Part shown: positions 16,081 through 29,120 of the stretch, piece after piece
Position numbering within the stretch: the first letter of the stretch is position 1
Layout: every line of letters starts with the position of its first letter
NCBI RefSeq assembly: GCF_009914755.1
Contig: NC_060935.1
Reading direction: 5' to 3' (one strand)
Origin: the human T2T-CHM13v2.0 reference genome, Homo sapiens
Length of the DNA: 64,000 bases
Notes under the pieces: model-generated
Database searches by the model: none
Told to the model about the DNA's origin: nothing
Seen by the model: only the letters and a program-made list of their open reading frames with translations
Position numbers and translations under genes: made by a program

Positions 16081-16082
16081 AT
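15883..16082. repeat. Compound (TA)n/(TG)n microsatellite enclosing a 19-bp inverted repeat
   Basis: Direct inspection. Confidence 0.9.
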
Positions 16083-16184
16083 GCTGTCTTTCCTCGGTAT
16101 CACAGGGAATTGGAGATATATATATTCTTTTCAGTACAAAAAAAATTGAACACAGATGGGTATGGTACCAGAACAGAAGGTAAA

Positions 16185-16575
16185 GACACATGAAAAAAAT
16201 TTGCAACAACATGAATGGAACTGGAGATCATTATTTGAGGAGAAATAATCCAGGCACAGAAAAACAAGCATTTTATTATTTTAGGTGAAAGACAAACATT
16301 TTATTTTAGGTGAAATAATCCAGGCACAGAAAGACAAACATTGCATGTTCTCATTTATTTGTGGGATGTAAAAATCAAAACAATAGAACGTATGGAGGTA
16401 GACAGCAGAAGGATAGTTACCAAAGGCTGCAAAGGGTAGTGTAGGCTTTGAGGGTGAGGTGGGGATGGTTATTGGGTACAAAAAATAGTTAGAAAGAATA
16501 AATAATATCTAGTATTTAATAGCACAACAGGTTGACTATAGTCAAAATAACATAATTGTACAATTTAAATATGAA
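16185..16575 (+). mobile_element. L1MA-type 3' fragment
   Basis: tttgcaacaacatgaatggaactggagatcatt...caggcacagaaagacaaacattgcatgttctca...tagcacaacagg. Confidence 0.8.
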
Positions 16576-18151
16576 ATTAAATATATATACAAGACTAGAA
16601 CACCAAGTTGAATGACTCCAGCTTGCGAAACCCACATTGATCACCATGCTTGCCCCAAGGGAAGCTGTACAATGTCTGGCTCGTCCAGAACCCCATCATT
16701 TATCACTAGCAATCTATTGTCCATAATCATGTTTAAATTAATAGCATTTTAAAGGTACAAATATTTTTTAAAAAACAAATAATTATTTAATTCGCCTTTT
16801 AAAAGCTTTTTAAAAACGTTTTTAAAAACTTTTTTAAAGTCCTGAGGACTATTTTCTTTAAAGTGCTCAGTTACAGAGCTCCATATATTGGGCTATGATA
16901 GCCTTACCTGATTCTTGCCAAGAATCTAGTGCCCAGAAAATGCAAATACAAAGTAAGCAACTGAAAAATAAACAAATAAGTTGGAGGTATGCTACCTGTT
17001 GAAATATGACCTAGCGCAAACACCTATGCCACTTGCTTATGAAATCATATAGGTTTTCGGTGTGCAGTTTTGACTGAATGAGGGAGTTTACGCTGGACCA
17101 CAAGGGGGCCCCTCTGTCAATAACGTACTCCATTTGTGTATTAAGTCAAAAATGAAATGGAAGAGAAAAGAAACATCGATGACCCCAAGTCTCTTTAATT
17201 GAATGGAGGTAAAAGGGAAACAACGAATGAGAAAAGTACTCTGCCCTTTTAAGAATCTTGCATTCACATTCCTGATGAAGTTATTTTTCCTCCTCTCACT
17301 GATTCCCATTTCACTCTATTACATAGCACCGTGTTCCCCAGGAGCTCCTGAATGAAGGACATCACTCAGCTGTGTTAAGTATCTGGAACAATAAATATAC
17401 TAGTTTCAATGTCTAGGCTATGGGTATTCCTTTTTACTGAAGGTATGACATATAGCTGCCCAGGCCTGACTAAATTAATAGTAATAATAATTAATAATGG
17501 CAAATTTTTATTCTATTAAGTTACTTGGCTTGACTTGTAGAAATAGCAACATTCATCTGAAATGCCCCCTCCTACACTTATGTCTAAGGACAAATCCCAC
17601 ATACACCACAGATAACTTCATTTTACATGTTTTATTCTGTTACCAAACTAAATTTTTATCATATAGTCTGTTGCTCACTGAACTCTTCAGTAATTCTCAA
17701 CATACCATGTAAAGCATTAAGCACAGTTCCAACACAGAGCAAATGAGCAATAACTGTTAGTTATTATAACATTATTATGTGTTTTCAGTGCATTAAACCA
17801 CTGGTCTGATACCTAGCCCAACATTCTATTAAACCACATAATCCAGTTGAATAATATATGATAATATAATAAAATGGCGATAAGTGCTAAATATCCAGAT
17901 AGAAACACAGATGGAATCAGACAGCTTTCCCAAGAAATAGAGAAAATAGTAGATAGGCGATCTAGGCCTAAGCACTCTAAGCAGAAGCTAAGTTATCACA
18001 GGATATCTTGGCAATCTGTGGCACGTGAACCCTTTTCTTCTGGAGTCTGGAACTATGTTGCAACTCTCACTTTCTCCCTATCTAGAGACTCAGTTTGTTC
18101 CCTTGTGATTATCAGCAGTTGAGAAATCCTTAGACCTTCTGAAAGGACTAC

Positions 18152-18322
18152 TTTTTAAATTTATATATATAATATTTAAAATACATATCTTTATATATAA
18201 TATATATTTAAATATATAATATTTAAATTAATATATATTTAAATATATAATATTTAAATTAATATATATTTAAATAAATAAATTTATATTTAAATATATA
18301 ATAATTAAAATATATTTTTAAT
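18152..18322. repeat. Nearly pure AT low-complexity tract with a 31-bp tandem unit
   Basis: aatatatatttaaatatataatatttaaatt occurs twice in tandem. Confidence 0.85.
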
Positions 18323-21300
18323 GAACAGAGAGTAAAGGATTATTTTGAAGAGAAACTCCTGGTTCCCACTTAAAATCCTTTCTTGTTTCCAAGTTTTTCA
18401 AATGGAGCCCTCTTTACCAGCTTGCCCCCTCAGAGATAAGCTGTTCCCCTACTTATTCAGATCTGAGATCTGAAAACATTCCTTTTCCTGTGAGTTCAGC
18501 TAGGACAAAGATGGAGCTTTTTGATAAAATTTGGCAAACACATTTTTTAAAGATGAAAATTTTTAAAAATTGAAAAAAAAACATTTATAGAAAGAGACTT
18601 CTAATCCAAATTTAACTTCTCAAACTATGTTTTGACCGGCTAGCATAATGTTTCAGTCTTTCTGGAGAATGCCCCTTGAAACTGTTTTCTTCTACACAAC
18701 TTCCTCCTTTCCTTTGACTTTCCTGCTCTGGAAGGGAAGAACAGGAAGAGGACAGATCAAATTACTCAAGAGGAAGGACAAGAAATAAGGAACCAAATTA
18801 TCAACAATTGGAGAAAGAAAGCTGATGTCAGTATCATTTCATATATGATTATGTCAGAGTCAGGTGGATAAGCCAATCCTGTTGAATAGCATACTTTTCC
18901 TGCTACTCCTGAAGGGTAAAGAGGTCTTTCTCTTACAAAGCCGTCCTAGCTAGTAATCTTACAGGTGCAAAAAGCTTGTTTTCATGTTATTTCTTAGTAA
19001 CTCAAAATACCTCTAAAGTTATACATATTATGAAAGTACTACAGTCACAGTGCTGAGAAAAGGAGTAAATAAGACAATGTATATAAAAACACTTGGCTCA
19101 GCCCCTGGCTCTGTGGTTGATAAATATTAAGTTAGTATTCATTATTATTATAATTTCCAAAGAGTCCATTAAAAGATATAGAAGAAGGGAGGCAGCAATA
19201 ACACTAAGAGAAAATTCCATTATCTCCAACTATTTATCCTCTAGCCCAAAATAATTGCCATTAGAAAGAGCAACTTTAACAAAAATTTTAAGTTGCAATA
19301 GATGTTCAACTTTAAATCCATCCCAGAAAAATTTCTAACCAAAGGAGCATAGAAGATTTGATCTTATTTTCTAAGTAGTATAGACTTAATTGTGAGAACA
19401 AAATAAAAACTTGGGGAAATACTAGGGAAGAGAAATAAGGGTGTGAAGAGCTGATTATTACAATTCCTTCTTTCCCTTCTTGACTTTTATTGCTGATGGG
19501 TAATAAAATATGCAAAGAATGTGCTGAGAAATAACCTAAACAAATAAGCCAGTATACCACAAAGATCATTTGAAACTTAAACAATTAAAATAAGATATCA
19601 TCTGCTAAAATAATAATTGGCAGGGCTAGCACAGTTTCTTCTTTCATGTATTTCTTCCTTCATTTGACAAATAGACATACAACTGTGTGTCAAATCGTGT
19701 GGTATACTTGAGGCATTCAGAATTAATTGGGCATCATTCCTGCCTTTGCGTCAGTCTAATGAGGAAGAAAATCTTTCAATAATGATTTCATGTCCTTCAT
19801 GTCATTACAGATGGGTAGATAGAGTACTATGACGGCACAAAAGATAGAAAAAAAATATCTTCCTGCAGAAGGTCCAAATAAGTCCAATGCAAGGGTGATA
19901 TTTGAGACGAGCCCTAATGCATGACTAAAACATTTCCAGAAAGCTAAGTGGCAGTGAATATCACAGGCAAATGAGACAGATTTTTTAAAAATCCTAATAT
20001 CACAAAATAGCCAACAATATTCTAGAAACCATTTGAAGTTCAATGTATCCAGTTTTCATATGTGATGGCAGGAGGGAAGCGGGGAGTACTAGTGAATTAG
20101 AGATGAGGCTGGAAAGCTTAATTATTCAGGATTCTATACGGTAGATAAAATAAACCAATTCCAGTTAGCTTAAGCAAAAAAGAGAGGGAGTAATGGTGGT
20201 AGGGGCTTATTATAAAGACACAAGAATGTCTCACAGAAGCCAAATCTAAAAATGACAATGGGTCTCAGGAAATGCAGGAATCAAGATCTTGGAGATTATA
20301 AATTGAAGGAGTGCTCCATTTCTAATATTGTTTCTGCTCCTCTCTGGGCACTTGCTTTATTCTGCTTTCTAGTTAATCCTGCTTTCTTCGTTATTCAATT
20401 CATATGTGAGGTAGAAGCTAGCTAGCCACTCATGTAATGCTTCCAGTCACTTTAAACTTGAATTCAACACCTTAGCAAAAATATTCTCCAAAGCTGAGTC
20501 ATATATCTACTCTTCATCTATTTCACTGTGACCAGGGGCATGAGGTTTTCAAGGTAGAAGTTCCTCACAAGACTAGATTTGTATGAGATTTTGCAAAGAT
20601 TTGTACATCTTGATAAAAAGTTTAAACTTTGTTTTGCAGAGAAAAATAGAGTAAAGGCAAAGGTTTACAAGGAAAAGATGACTTTTTTTCCCTTTTAGGA
20701 CTAAGTAGAGGTAGTTGCTGGTTATGAGTAAAATAGACAAGAGTGACCGGATTTTAGCCTCAACTGCTGTGAAGAGTGGTGTCATCATTTATTCAGGTAC
20801 GACAGGGAGGGAAGTCTGGCAATAGGTTGGGTTGGTATTGGGGAGGCACAAAGTAAATTTGTTGGGCAGTGGGTTGTAGAGCAACTTATCTTTCACTATG
20901 TGAAGTTTGAGCTAATAGACTTCCAGTTGGAGACCTCAATTAAGTAATTACATATTTAATGCTGAATCTCAAGGGAGAAGTCTAAGTGGACAACAAATAC
21001 GAAAAAAAATGCTGATCTCAATCAAGATCAGAAGTGTTTAGTGCACCAGCTTCTGTACCAAATCAATCCATTCAGTTAAAAAAATAATTTATTCTTTTAT
21101 TGCTATAAAGTTTATTTGGGTATTATTGATTGCTCCTAGCAATGGTTCGGTAATCTAGGCTCTTTCTGTCTGTGGCTGTATCATTCTCCAGGGCCTCTGA
21201 ATCCTCTGCTAGAGCCTCTGTGTGTTTCAGAAACCATTAGGGTAAATAAAGAGAGGGGAAAATTGTATAGGAGGTTTTTGGAGAGGGGATAAGCTTGGAA

Positions 21301-21838
21301 GGGGCATACATCACTTCCTCTCAGATGTTATTAGCTCTCACACAATAATGAGGACACCCCTACCTTTAAGGGAGACTGAGACATGTGGCCTAGCTGTATT
21401 CCCAGAACAATAGGGAAATGTGTTTGGTGAACCTCTAGCCAGTTGTGGCCAGATATAGATGGTACTTGGAGTTTGAAATCACCTCAAGAGACACTATAGA
21501 ATGAAAAGAGCAGGGCCAAAGGGAGAGCCCTGGAACACTCCAGCATTTAAAGGTCTGGTAAAAAAAGGCAGGGCTGGCAAAGGAAACTGAGAAGGGACGC
21601 CAGTCAGTTTCAGAGGACGATGGTGTCATACAGTCTAGAAGGAAAGTGTTAATGAAGGAATTAGCAATTAACTTTGTTAAACTCTCTGAGTGTCTGCACT
21701 GACTGTTTTTTTATATCCTTGAGGACAGGTTTATATACAGAAAACTCTTCATAGTTTTACTTTAATTTTTATAATCAATATTTAACTGATTGAAGCTACA
21801 TTTAAAAAAAAAAAAAAACCCTGTTCTTTAGCTTCTTG

Positions 21839-21842
<4 letters not shown>

Positions 21843-21889
<47 letters not shown>
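21843..21889. repeat. (TA)n microsatellite abutting the MER9 LTR
   Basis: Direct inspection. Confidence 0.95.
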
Positions 21890-21891
<2 letters not shown>

Positions 21892-21892
21892 T

Positions 21893-22405
21893 TGTTGGGA
21901 GCAGGTCCCCCAAAATCTGGCCATAAACTGGCCCCAAAACTGGCCATAAACAAAATCTCTGCAGCACTGTAACATATTCATAATGGCCCTAACTCCCAAG
22001 CTGGAAGGTTGTAGGTTTACAGGAATGATGGCAAGGAGCACCTGGCCTGCCCAGGGTGGAAAACCACTTAAAGTCATTCTTAAGCCACAAACAACAGCAT
22101 GAGCAATCTGTGCCTTAAGAATATGCTCCTGCTGCAGTTAACTAGCCCAACCTATTCCTTTAATTTGGCCCATCCCTTCATTTCCCGTAAGGGATACTTT
22201 TAGTTAATTGAATATATATAGAAACAATGCTAATGACTGGCTTGCTGTTAATAGATACGTGGGTAAATCTCTGTTCAGGGCTTTGAGCTCTGAAGGCTGT
22301 GAGACCCCTGATTTCCCACTTCACACCTCTATGTTTCTGTGTGTGTATCTTTAATTCCTCTAGTGCCGCTGGGTTAGGGTCTCCCAGACCGAGCTGGTCT
22401 CGGCA
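21893..22405 (+). mobile_element. MER9 solo LTR (HERV-K HML-3)
   Basis: TG...CA ends (tgttgggagcagg...gagctggtctcggca), 513 bp, perfect 6-bp TSD tatctt (21887-21892 and 22406-22411). Confidence 0.9.
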
Positions 22406-22647
22406 TATCTTACTCTATTTAGAAATCTAATAAATTTTAACAGTAACTTACAGGATATCTCATAGTCTTCATCTTATTTTACATAGTTAATTAAATACTG
22501 TTAAGCATTTTAAATAACGTTTATAAATGTATTCTATTAATATTTTAGGTACTTCAATGGTCTGTCCAACAAACATTTCTAAGTACTTAAAATTAATTCT
22601 TGTAAGTCTAATATATTTAATTCACAATTATGAGTAATCTTAACTTC

Positions 22648-22956
22648 TTTTTTCTTTTCTTTTTTTTTTTTTGAGACAGGGTCTCACTCTGTCACCCAGG
22701 CTGGAGTGCGGTGGCTTGCACTCAGGCTTACTGCAGCTCCAACCTCCCAGGTGTGAGCTATCCTCTCACCTCAGCCTCCCCAGTAGCTGGGACTATAGGT
22801 GCAAGCCACCACACCCAGATAATGTTTCCATTTTTTTGTAGAGATAGGGTTTCACCATGCTGCCCAGGCTGGTCTGGAACTCCTGAGCTCAAGCAATCTG
22901 CCCACCTCAGCCTCCCAAAGTGCTAGGATTGTAGGAGTGAGCCATTGTGCCTGGCC
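22648..22956 (-). mobile_element. AluJ
   Basis: Diverged antisense Alu; TSD ttaacttcttt. Confidence 0.9.
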
Positions 22957-23679
22957 CGATTTTAACTTCTTTTCCATATTCCAGTCACAGTGCATATAAA
23001 TACAGTAAGTACTTTGAATTTAAAAGTCAAAAGGTGAGCTCAACTACTCAATTTATACAGCTTACATTGGAAACAAGTTTCATTGAATAGTCAATATTCT
23101 TCTGTACAGTACACATCACATTTTTGAAATACTAAATATGCTTAAACTTATTGTAACTAATGGGTTTAATTACCTAAATATTTCTATGTTTACTTTAAAT
23201 ATTTTAAGGGTAAAAGTAGGCTTTCCCACAAAGGAAACAACAGTGTTATCACAGAGTCTTTGAGGATACTCCCCTAGATGGTTGGAATATGCATATTCGC
23301 CTAAGATATTGACCAGGGACTCTGATATCTGTTACTGTGATAGAACATACTCATTCTTATCTGTAGTCACAATATCAACTCACTAAATGGTCTTGCAGAT
23401 CTTATAGCTCAGGTACATTACATGCTTCAGTTTGGATTTCACCTGTAATATTTTTTTCCCACAGAACTCTGCAAACCCACCCAGGGTCATATCACTGGAT
23501 TTAATTTTCTTTGGCTTTTATATTATTTAAAATATCTTCTTACATAGGTCAAAATACTTCTGATCTTGATGGAAACCTACACCTTTGTCATGTTTTTCCT
23601 GTTTGGTAAGAACAGATGTTCTTATGGGTCTAAAGAATTCTTATGGCTATACCACGTCACATGGTTCAGTTATTCCACT

Positions 23680-23680
<1 letters not shown>

Positions 23681-23712
<32 letters not shown>
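23681..23712. repeat. (CA)n microsatellite
   Basis: Direct inspection. Confidence 0.95.
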
Positions 23713-23713
<1 letters not shown>

Positions 23714-23887
23714 AGAATCAAAGAACTGATCACTGCCTTTGAAAAGACGTAGACCATTGGTAACTTTGAGAAGAACCTTTTCTGGGAATGGTAAACATTA
23801 CGAATGAGGCAAAATTGAACAATTTGCCCATATTTGCATATGTGAGTTACTGACTGAGATAAATTTAAAATCAGGTATGTATGATTC

Positions 23888-24168
23888 ATATACTAACCTA
23901 TTGAACATTATAACTTAGCCTCGCCTAAGTTAAACATCCCAGAACACTTACATTAGCCAACAGCTGAAAAAAATCATCTAATACAAAGCCTATTTTGTTA
24001 TAAAGTGTTGAGTATCTCATGTAATATATTGAATACTGTTCAAAAAGTGAAAAGCAAAATGATTGTATGAGTACTTGAAGTATGGTTTTTGCTGAATGTA
24101 TATCACTTATGCAGCATCATAAAGTTGAAAAATCCTAAGCCAAATCATTGTAAGTCAGGGAGCATCTA
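23888..24168. mobile_element. Tigger4/Zombi-like DNA transposon fragment
   Basis: aacctattgaacattataacttagcctcgcc...taagtcagggagcatct. Confidence 0.6.
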
Positions 24169-24229
24169 TTAAATTCTCATGTGAATCAGGTACACGTAAA
24201 AAAATTTGTTTTAAGTACTCATGTGATAT

Positions 24230-25480
24230 TACCAAGAAAGTGAAAAGACAACTAGAATGTCAAATGAAATGTTTGCAAATCACTTATTTGATAAGAATTT
24301 TGATATGAATAAAAATGAAATACCCCATTTTATGTCTATTCTTTAAAATATTATAAATATAATATTTTATAAATACTATAAAGTGACAAAATGATAAGAT
24401 AGATCTTTTATATGCTCATGTAAAACTCTGCATTATTGAATAAAATAAATTATAAAATTGTAGTCATAATATATACAAAAACTCCTACAAATAAAAAAGA
24501 AAAAGGCAGAATACCCAAGAGAAAATGGGACAAAACACTTGGTCAGTGCAAAAAAAGAAGAGTACAAATTAGAAACAACCACATGAAAAGCTGCTCCATT
24601 TTAGTTGTCATCAGTAAAATACCAGTTGGTTGGCAAGAACAGAGAGAAACTGGAATTCCACATATTCTTCTGGTATGAGTAGTACATAAAAGCCTTAGAA
24701 AACCCTAAAATTTTCTACGAAAGCTGAACATATACATAGCTATGACTTCTAGATAAATACCCACAAAAATAAATACATAAGACCTCCAAAAGATATGCAC
24801 AAGAAAGTTCACTGAAGTACAATTTCTAATAGCCAAGAACTGGAGAAAATCTAAAAATCTATCAAGGAGAGAATAGATAAATAAATTGCAAAACATTTAT
24901 ACAATTGATAAATCCACAACACTGAAAATGAATGAACTATTGCTACATGGAAAGACAGCGAGTGTCCAGTGGTGTGCTGCAGCCTGCTTCTGCCAGCTTA
25001 CAAAAGGCAATTGTGGCCTTCCCTTTGAGACTGCACATTCAGTAACTTCTTGCTGTTTCCTTGAAATCTGCCATGGTGGGAATATTTGCATCACAGAAAT
25101 CAGTAAATGCTGCAAACCAAGGCTTTTTCCCTTCTTTAGAGCTGATTTACTAGCACACTACTAATGTATTTCACAAGCATAGTTCCTAGGGAAACAAGCC
25201 AAACACAAACATACAAGTACTACATGGTTCCAATTACAGAAATTTCAAAAGAGCAAAACTAAACAGTATTTAGAATTTAGAATAGGAGAATAGTGGATAT
25301 CTGTCAGCATGAAAGATACTGATGTAAAGGGGATGTGATGAGGGCTTGTGGAGTTGTGTTGATACCCTGTCTCTTGATCTTGATGCTGAATGACCAGTGT
25401 GTTCATTTTGTAAAAACTCATCAAGCTGTACACTTAAGACTTGTACATTTTATGTATGTATATGTTAATTAAAAGTTTTC
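24230..25480 (+). mobile_element. Old L1M 3' fragments with a nested MER63-like hAT element (24966-25163)
   Basis: L1M motifs (cacatgaaaagctgctcc, aatgaatgaactattgctacatg, aaaactcatcaagctgtacactta); insert bounded by cagtggtgtgctg...tagcacactacta. Confidence 0.6.
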
Positions 25481-25687
25481 TTAAAAGTAAAGGCATAGCA
25501 TGATTTCATTTTTCATTTGAACTATTGTGTGTATTTGAAGAAAAATGTCTCAAATAATTACTACCAAAATGTTGATGGTATTCATCTCTGGATGGTGATA
25601 TGTTAAGGGAAAGGACAGAGGGTTATAAAATGGTACTTAAGCTTCTTACTTTTTATACTTCTGTATACATCAAAAAATAAGCATTTT

Positions 25688-25977
25688 GGCCAGGCGCGGT
25701 GGCTCACGCCTGTTATTCCAGCACTTTGGGAGGCCAAGACAGGCAGATAAGGAGGTCAAGAGATCGAGACCATCCTGGGTAACGTGAAACCCTGCCTCTA
25801 CTAAAAATACAAAAATTAGCTGGGCATGGTGGCACACACCTGTAGTCCCTGCTACTCAGGAGGCTAGGCAGCACAATATCTTGAACCGGGGAGGTGGAGG
25901 TTGCAGTGAGCCGAGATCGTGCCACTGCACTCCAGCCTGGGCAACAGAGCAAGACTCCATCTCAAAAAAAAAAAAAA
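25688..25977 (+). mobile_element. AluS (Sc-like)
   Basis: Full Alu; TSD aagcatttt. Confidence 0.95.
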
Positions 25978-26535
25978 GCATTTTATTTTAGTAATAAAAA
26001 TTAACAGAGGAAAAAATATATATTTTATTTAAATATTACAAGCTTTTTTTTCCTAAAATATGTTCATTTACTACTCCATTTCATCATTACATTGGAAACA
26101 GTATTACCACATTTTCTATTTTTCAAAATTCCGAAGCAAAGAAATCTGTCTACAAAGTTCCCTCTGCAAATGTTCCCCTACTTTAGGTAAAGTTAGCATA
26201 AGGAGAATGAGAATTAATTACTTTGAAACAATGGAATTCAGATGAACCATTAGGGAAAATTCTTATTTATCTATGGCCATATCTTTTTGTTTATATCAGT
26301 TTTAAACTTTATACTTTAAATACAATAAAGTGCACATATTTTTAACATATGACAAAAGGAATTCAACAAATATAAATGCCTATGTAACCACCCCCAATTT
26401 AAAAATACTGAAATTTAAAAAAATCAAATTACTTGGAGAAATAAGTTAGAATTTTTATCTTCTAGAGCTATGTTATTTAGCATGCAGTTTAGAGTCCAAG
26501 AATGCTATGTTTACAGATTAAGAAGTAGCCAAGGA

Positions 26536-26794
26536 GGCTGGGCATAGTGGCTCATGTATTTATTCCCAGGGCTTTGGGAGGCTGAGACAAGAGGATTGCT
26601 TGTGGCCAGTTCACGATCAGCCTGGGCAACATGGCAAGACCCTGTCTCTCCAAAAATTTTTTTAAAATGAGTAAGGCATGGTGGCTGGTGTTTGTAGCTT
26701 CTGCTACTTGGCAGGCTGAGGTGGGAGGATGGCTTGAGCCCAGCAGTTTGAGGTGACAAAGCCAGACTTTGACAATAAATAAATAAATAAATAA
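26536..26794 (+). mobile_element. AluJ with (AAAT)n tail
   Basis: Diverged Alu with a deletion in the right arm. Confidence 0.85.
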
Positions 26795-27259
26795 AGCAAC
26801 CGGTGATTTTTCTTGACTAAGTATTTTTCAAAGGCAAATATGGGTAAAAGTCTGGAAATAAGAGGAATTAAAAATATTTTAATTTTTTTCTAGAACACAC
26901 CTCATAGATGAGTATAATACTCTGATTTAGTTCATGTTTGTTTCTATAAATTCTGACATGAAGAGTCATCTTCAATCTTTTTCCAATAGTTAAAGAAGGA
27001 AGTATAGTATGGCCTAATGCTTATTGGTGGGATTCAGAAAACAAACATCTGCCAATTGTTTTCTTGAGAAAGTTGTCATGGTCAACAACTGTGTGAGGCT
27101 GGCGTGCAGGTAGTAAAAGAATTTACCTTAATACCAAGACAGTAATGAGTTTAGAAAGGCGTATTTATTTAGAGAAAAGGGGAGACACATTGAAAGGGAG
27201 CAACTGGCCAGACAGCAGAGGGAAGGCTGTCTGCAAAGAGGCAGGGACTCGAGTGGAGT

Positions 27260-29120
27260 TTTATAAGGGTGCTCCTTAGGCTGAATGCTTGCAGACAGGA
27301 TGCTTGGTTACAGATGGGCTATGAGCTGGGTGCTTGTAAGAGGATGCTTGGGTGTTAAGTGAGCCATTTGCAGTTGACCCTATTCTTGGAACATTCATTC
27401 CCCTCTGCCCCTGTTTCTGTTCCTGCCAGCTAAGCCCATTTTTCATTTTTCTTTTAACTCCTTAGCGCTCCGCAAAACTTAATCAATTTCTCTAAACCTC
27501 AGTTTTCTTATCTGTAAAAGGTAAATAATAATACAGGGTGCAACAGAAAAATCTAGTGTGGTTTACATCATCACCTCTTAGAGATTTTAAATTATTTCAG
27601 GATAAGTCACGAGAATTAAATGAAATAATGCATATAAAGCACATAGTGTAGTGTCCTCCATATAGAAAATGCTCAGTATATTGGTTATTAACTACTTGTT
27701 GAACGTTTATCTTCTCCACTAAACTGTAAGTTCCACAAGGCTTACAATATGTGACAGATGTTCATTCGTTGTCTGAATTCTTCAAATACATCCTCTTCAC
27801 CATAGCGACTTATTAATTCAATTATTAATTGAATAAATTCTATTGTTCAAAAATCACTTTTATATTTAACTGAAATTTGCTCACTTATAATCACATCTAA
27901 CCTTCAAAGAAAACACATTAACCAACTGTACTGCGTAATGTTACTGGGTGATCCCACGTTTTACAAATGAGAAGATATATTCTGGTAAGCTGAATACTTA
28001 GCACCCAAGGGTACACAGCTTGGACAGGACCAGGTCCAAAGATTATTAAGAGTCTTCTGACTCCAAACTCAGTGCTCCCTCCAGTGCCACAAGCAAACTC
28101 CATAAAGGTATCCTGTGCTGAATAGAGACTGTAGAGTGGTACAAAGACAGACAGACATTATATTAAGTCTTAGCTTTGTGACTTTGAATGACTTACCCAA
28201 TCTAGCTAAATTTCAGTTTTACCATGTGTAAATCGGGAAGAGTAATAAGAACAAACCTTGAAGGGTCCCAATGGTGATTAAATGAGGTGACGTACATAAA
28301 ATGCATCACTCATAATAAGTGCTCTTTAAATATTAGTCACTATTATTAGCCATCTCTGATTAGATTTGACAACAGGAACATTAGGAAAGATATAGTACAT
28401 TCAGGATTTTGTTAGAAAGAGATGAAGAAATTCCCTTCCTTCCTGCCCTAGGTCATCTAGGAGTTGTCATGGTTCATTGCTGACAAATTAATTTTCCCAA
28501 ATTTTTCACTTTGCGCAGAAAGTCTTCATCGAAGCACCCAAGACTGTACAATCTAGCCCATCTTTCTCCACTTAACTCATACTGTGCTCTCCTTTTCTCA
28601 AAGCAAACTGTTTGCTATTCCTTGAATACACTCTGAGTTTTCTGCCTTTGCCTACTCAGCTGGCCCATGGCCCCTAATGTTTCTTCTCATCTCCACTGGG
28701 TCAAATCCTACCTGTACCTTATGGTTCTGTTAAAAGCAGTGCTTCCATAAAGTACTCCTAGTAAATGCACGGCCTCTCTCATGGATTATAAGAACACAGT
28801 TTATTTTATAAAGCATGTAGCTATTCTCTCCCTCGAAATATCACTATTATTATTAAGAATTTATAGCAGGGATATAATTTTGTATGATGATTCTTCTGGT
28901 TAATCCAACCAAGACTGATTTTATATCTATTAGGTAAGACAGTAGCCAGACATAGCCGGGATATGAAAATAAAGTCTCTGCCTTCAACAAGTTCCAGTAT
29001 TCTTTTCTTTCCTCCCCTCCCCTCCCCTTCCTTCCCCTCCTTTCCCCTCCCCTTCCCTCGCCTTCCCTTCCTTTCCCTTCCTTTCTTGACAGAGTCTCAC
29101 TCTGTTACCAGGCTCCAGTG
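27260..29120 (+). promoter_or_regulatory. Remnant distal 5' flank paralogous to the PSMA promoter region (core promoter deleted)
   Basis: Matches recalled FOLH1 upstream sequence (aagggtgctccttaggctgaatgc... to ...ccttcaacaagttccagtattc plus (TTCCC)n) and ends at a truncated Alu. Confidence 0.7.
29001..29120 (-). repeat. (TTCCC)n polypyrimidine tract plus a stub of about 35 bp from an antisense Alu
   Basis: ttgacagagtctcactctgttaccaggctccagtg is the Alu 3' end, ending abruptly. Confidence 0.85.

Larger units (their letters stand above)
15500..16113. mobile_element. MER2-like (Tigger-family) DNA transposon, interrupted by the U2 fragment, with its terminus inverted
   Basis: Start cagccctccatatccatggattttgcattcacagattcaaccaacc; the terminal piece appears reversed at 16082-16113. 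Confidence 0.7.
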
